64,000 nucleotides of DNA from Hemiscyllium ocellatum (lineage: Eukaryota): contig NC_083409.1 of assembly GCF_020745735.1 (NCBI RefSeq), forward strand, positions 20,232,341-20,296,340, written 5' to 3'. Below, piece after piece: positions 61,846 to 64,000 of the stretch (its first letter is position 1; each line of letters opens with the position of its first letter). The translations under genes and the position numbers were made by a program. The notes beneath the pieces were generated by a model. The model searched no databases and had not been told where the DNA came from. It saw only the letters and a list, made by a program, of their open reading frames with translations.

Positions 61846-62925
61846 AATCCATGTTGTAACATTGAAACTCCAATGCGAAGACATTGGGCAAATGGCAGCA
61901 CATGCATCCAATGTGGGCTTGTTCTGCCTTCTAATAATTCTGTTCCACTGTTGGAGTGGTACGATGGAAGGCACGCTGTCCAAGTCTGAAGCACCTGGCG
62001 TGCAGAGTCCTGTGTGAAATTCCGAGCAGTGTTCTGCACAGTGGCTTTTACAGGTATAGCAAGCAGGAAAGCATTGCATAATAACAGGAAATACAATTTA
62101 AGGCTGTTAATTCTGTAAACTATAAAATGAATTTGTAAGAGCAAAATTTTGAAACAAATTAGATTGTGATAAGATAGACAGTTCCCTCAATGTTATCAAA
62201 GCATTAGGATTGTTCAGCTGCATTAAGCAGAATTAATTATAAATGCAGTCTGGGTAATTAGCAGAAGGACGTGAGAAATCTCACAAATTATGAGTACCTT
62301 TGGCAATTCCAACTTACAGACTTCGGGAGATAAGGGATTCTGATATTAGAAAAAGTAATTTCATCCAAAGGAAAAATGTATGAAGTCAGTAGTGGAGTAA
62401 CTTACACAATAGGGCAGGGCAAATTGAGAGATCTGATAAATGTTAGGAGAATAGAGAAAGGACCTCCATAAATGAAGCATCAACACAAATCAGGGATTTG
62501 TGTGATTGGATGAATGCAAATATCTCAGAGGTTTGTGAGCTGGGGAAATTTACAAGTCTGGATTAGTATCTGAAAGACTGCTGGAAAGCTCGACGTTGGC
62601 CAAATGCAGCAGGACAACACGTGTGAGAAAAGCTAGCAACACCACTTCTGCAGAGAAGCTGCTGTACATCTAGATTTCACTTTGTTTTACAGATACCAAT
62701 TTTCTAAATAACGTCAGCTTGTTATTTTGTTTCAGTCTGATGTAATGAATAATGTTTACCTTCATATATTTGTTAAACGACTGAAACTAATTATAATGAT
62801 GATTCATCTTTTTGGACTCCCTGGAGGTTGGATGCCTACATAAATATAGATTTGTTTTCATTGGCTCAGTTGTGCATCCATCAGATTCATCTAACTCAAG
62901 CACAAATCACTCATTCTCACAGAAA

Positions 62926-62995
62926 ATGGGGAAGCCAACTATTCTGCTGGTGAAAGAGATTTACTATCCAATTCTCACAGCAATTGCGCTTCCTG
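62926..62995 (+). CDS. GPR139/GPR142-like rhodopsin-family GPCR, exon 1
   Basis: AAAATGG start, MGKPTILLVKEIYYPILTAIALP, donor CCTG|GTGAGT (phase 1). Confidence 0.8.
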
Positions 62996-63371
62996 GTGAG
63001 TCGTTGAAAGTGTTTGTTGTTGATCAACGTTGACTGTCTTCTTGTTCATACCATTTTAGATCAGGTAACTTGTTTTTCTGATACCAGCAATCTGCAATGG
63101 ATATTCTCTACAACAAATCCATCAATTTTCAATTTCCATTTTATCAATTTTTCACCTTCTGAAGATTTTTTTTTGATAGAATGTACCTTGCTGGTTTCGT
63201 ACAGTAGATTATTTGATTCTTCATTCTGTACAGAGCGAGCTCTGGAGCTGCTCATTAAATACTTTCCTGTTTTGATAGCCCAACATAATGGTTTTAAATG
63301 TGCTCAGCAAATTTATTGAATGCAACCCAATACTTGAATATTATGTACTTCTGTCTGTCTCTCTTTTACAG

Positions 63372-64000
63372 CAAACTTGATGACCATTGTGATTCTGTCA
63401 CGAGGAAACTGTGGTCTTTCAAAGTGTATTTCTGTCTACATGATGGCCATGGCAACAACAGACCTTCTTGTTATTATCTTCTATGTAAAAGTGCATTATA
63501 TCTTCAATTATCACTTTCCATTTTCAATCCTGTCCCAAACATCTTGGTGCACAGGCATTATATATTCCAGTGGTGTCAGTATAGATTTATCTGTCTGGTT
63601 CAATGTCTCCTTCGCATTTGACAGATATGTTGTGATCTGCTGCCAGAAGTTTAAAACAAAGTATTGCACGAAGAGAACTGCAATTATCATTGTAACAACC
63701 TTCTCTTTCCTGATGGTGTTGAAGAATATTCCACTTCTATTTGCTTATGAACCTCAATACATAATCAACAAGGTGCAGTGGGGCTGTCGAGCAAGTGTGT
63801 CTTTCTTTTCATCTTCTGCAGGTACAGGATACCTCTGGTTCTACAGCGCCTGGCTTGCCTGGCTTCCTTTGACTTTCATTGCCATGTTCAATTCTTTAAC
63901 TATTCAACGTATTGTAATGGCCAATCGAGCCCGTGCCAGACTCCAGGGTCACAAAAGTGAGGATCACAGCAATTCAGAGACAGAGAGCCGACGGAAATCT
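63372..64000 (+). CDS. GPR139/GPR142-like GPCR, exon 2 (runs off the window end)
   Basis: Acceptor CTCTTTTACAG|; 209 open codons: ANLMTIVILSRGNCGLSKCISVYMMAMATTDLL...SVWFNVSFAFDRYVVIC...KYCTKRTA...WLPLTFIAMFNSLTIQRIVMANRAR. Covers TM1-TM5 with a DRY motif; no stop. Confidence 0.9.

Noticed and set aside
2003-62044. CACAGTG/CACTGTG heptamers (e.g. 2003, 8097, 8299, 12893, 15457, 62038)
   Set aside because: None has an ACAAAAACC-like nonamer at 12 or 23 bp, so none is an RSS.

Overview
Repeat-rich, non-prokaryotic DNA that reads as cartilaginous fish (shark); this is inferred from the Ig light-chain C sequence, HE1-type SINEs and CR1/Penelope families. Host genes: (1) two ~96.5% identical kappa-type Ig light-chain constant exons in convergent orientation (1-310 +, 9872-10200 -), with no V, J or RSS found by eye anywhere in the window; (2) an intron-containing, disabled copy of the 3' part of CEP350 (35921-44049 +), cut at its 5' end by an ERV LTR and split by a full-length CR1; (3) an apparently intact two-exon GPR139/142-like GPCR (62926 to beyond 64000, +). 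The remainder includes a CpG-island promoter with tandem NRF1-like sites (~28.2-28.8 kb) and an internally deleted class I ERV (29613-35920 -; PBS-Ser, integrase core, env TM, mismatched LTRs, no TSD). It also holds many CR1/L2/Tx1 LINE pieces, HE1 and Deu-type SINEs, two Tigger-like MITEs, several inverted or direct local duplications, and a 1.07-kb G-rich AGCT minisatellite resembling an Ig switch region. The most system-like signal is a set of Penelope-derived mini-elements (73-240 bp, often palindromic) and larger Penelope copies with hammerhead-ribozyme cores, most flanked by 11-16 bp target-site duplications. Everything was read manually. Protein family calls rely on recalled motifs, and identities other than the C-exon count are estimates by eye.
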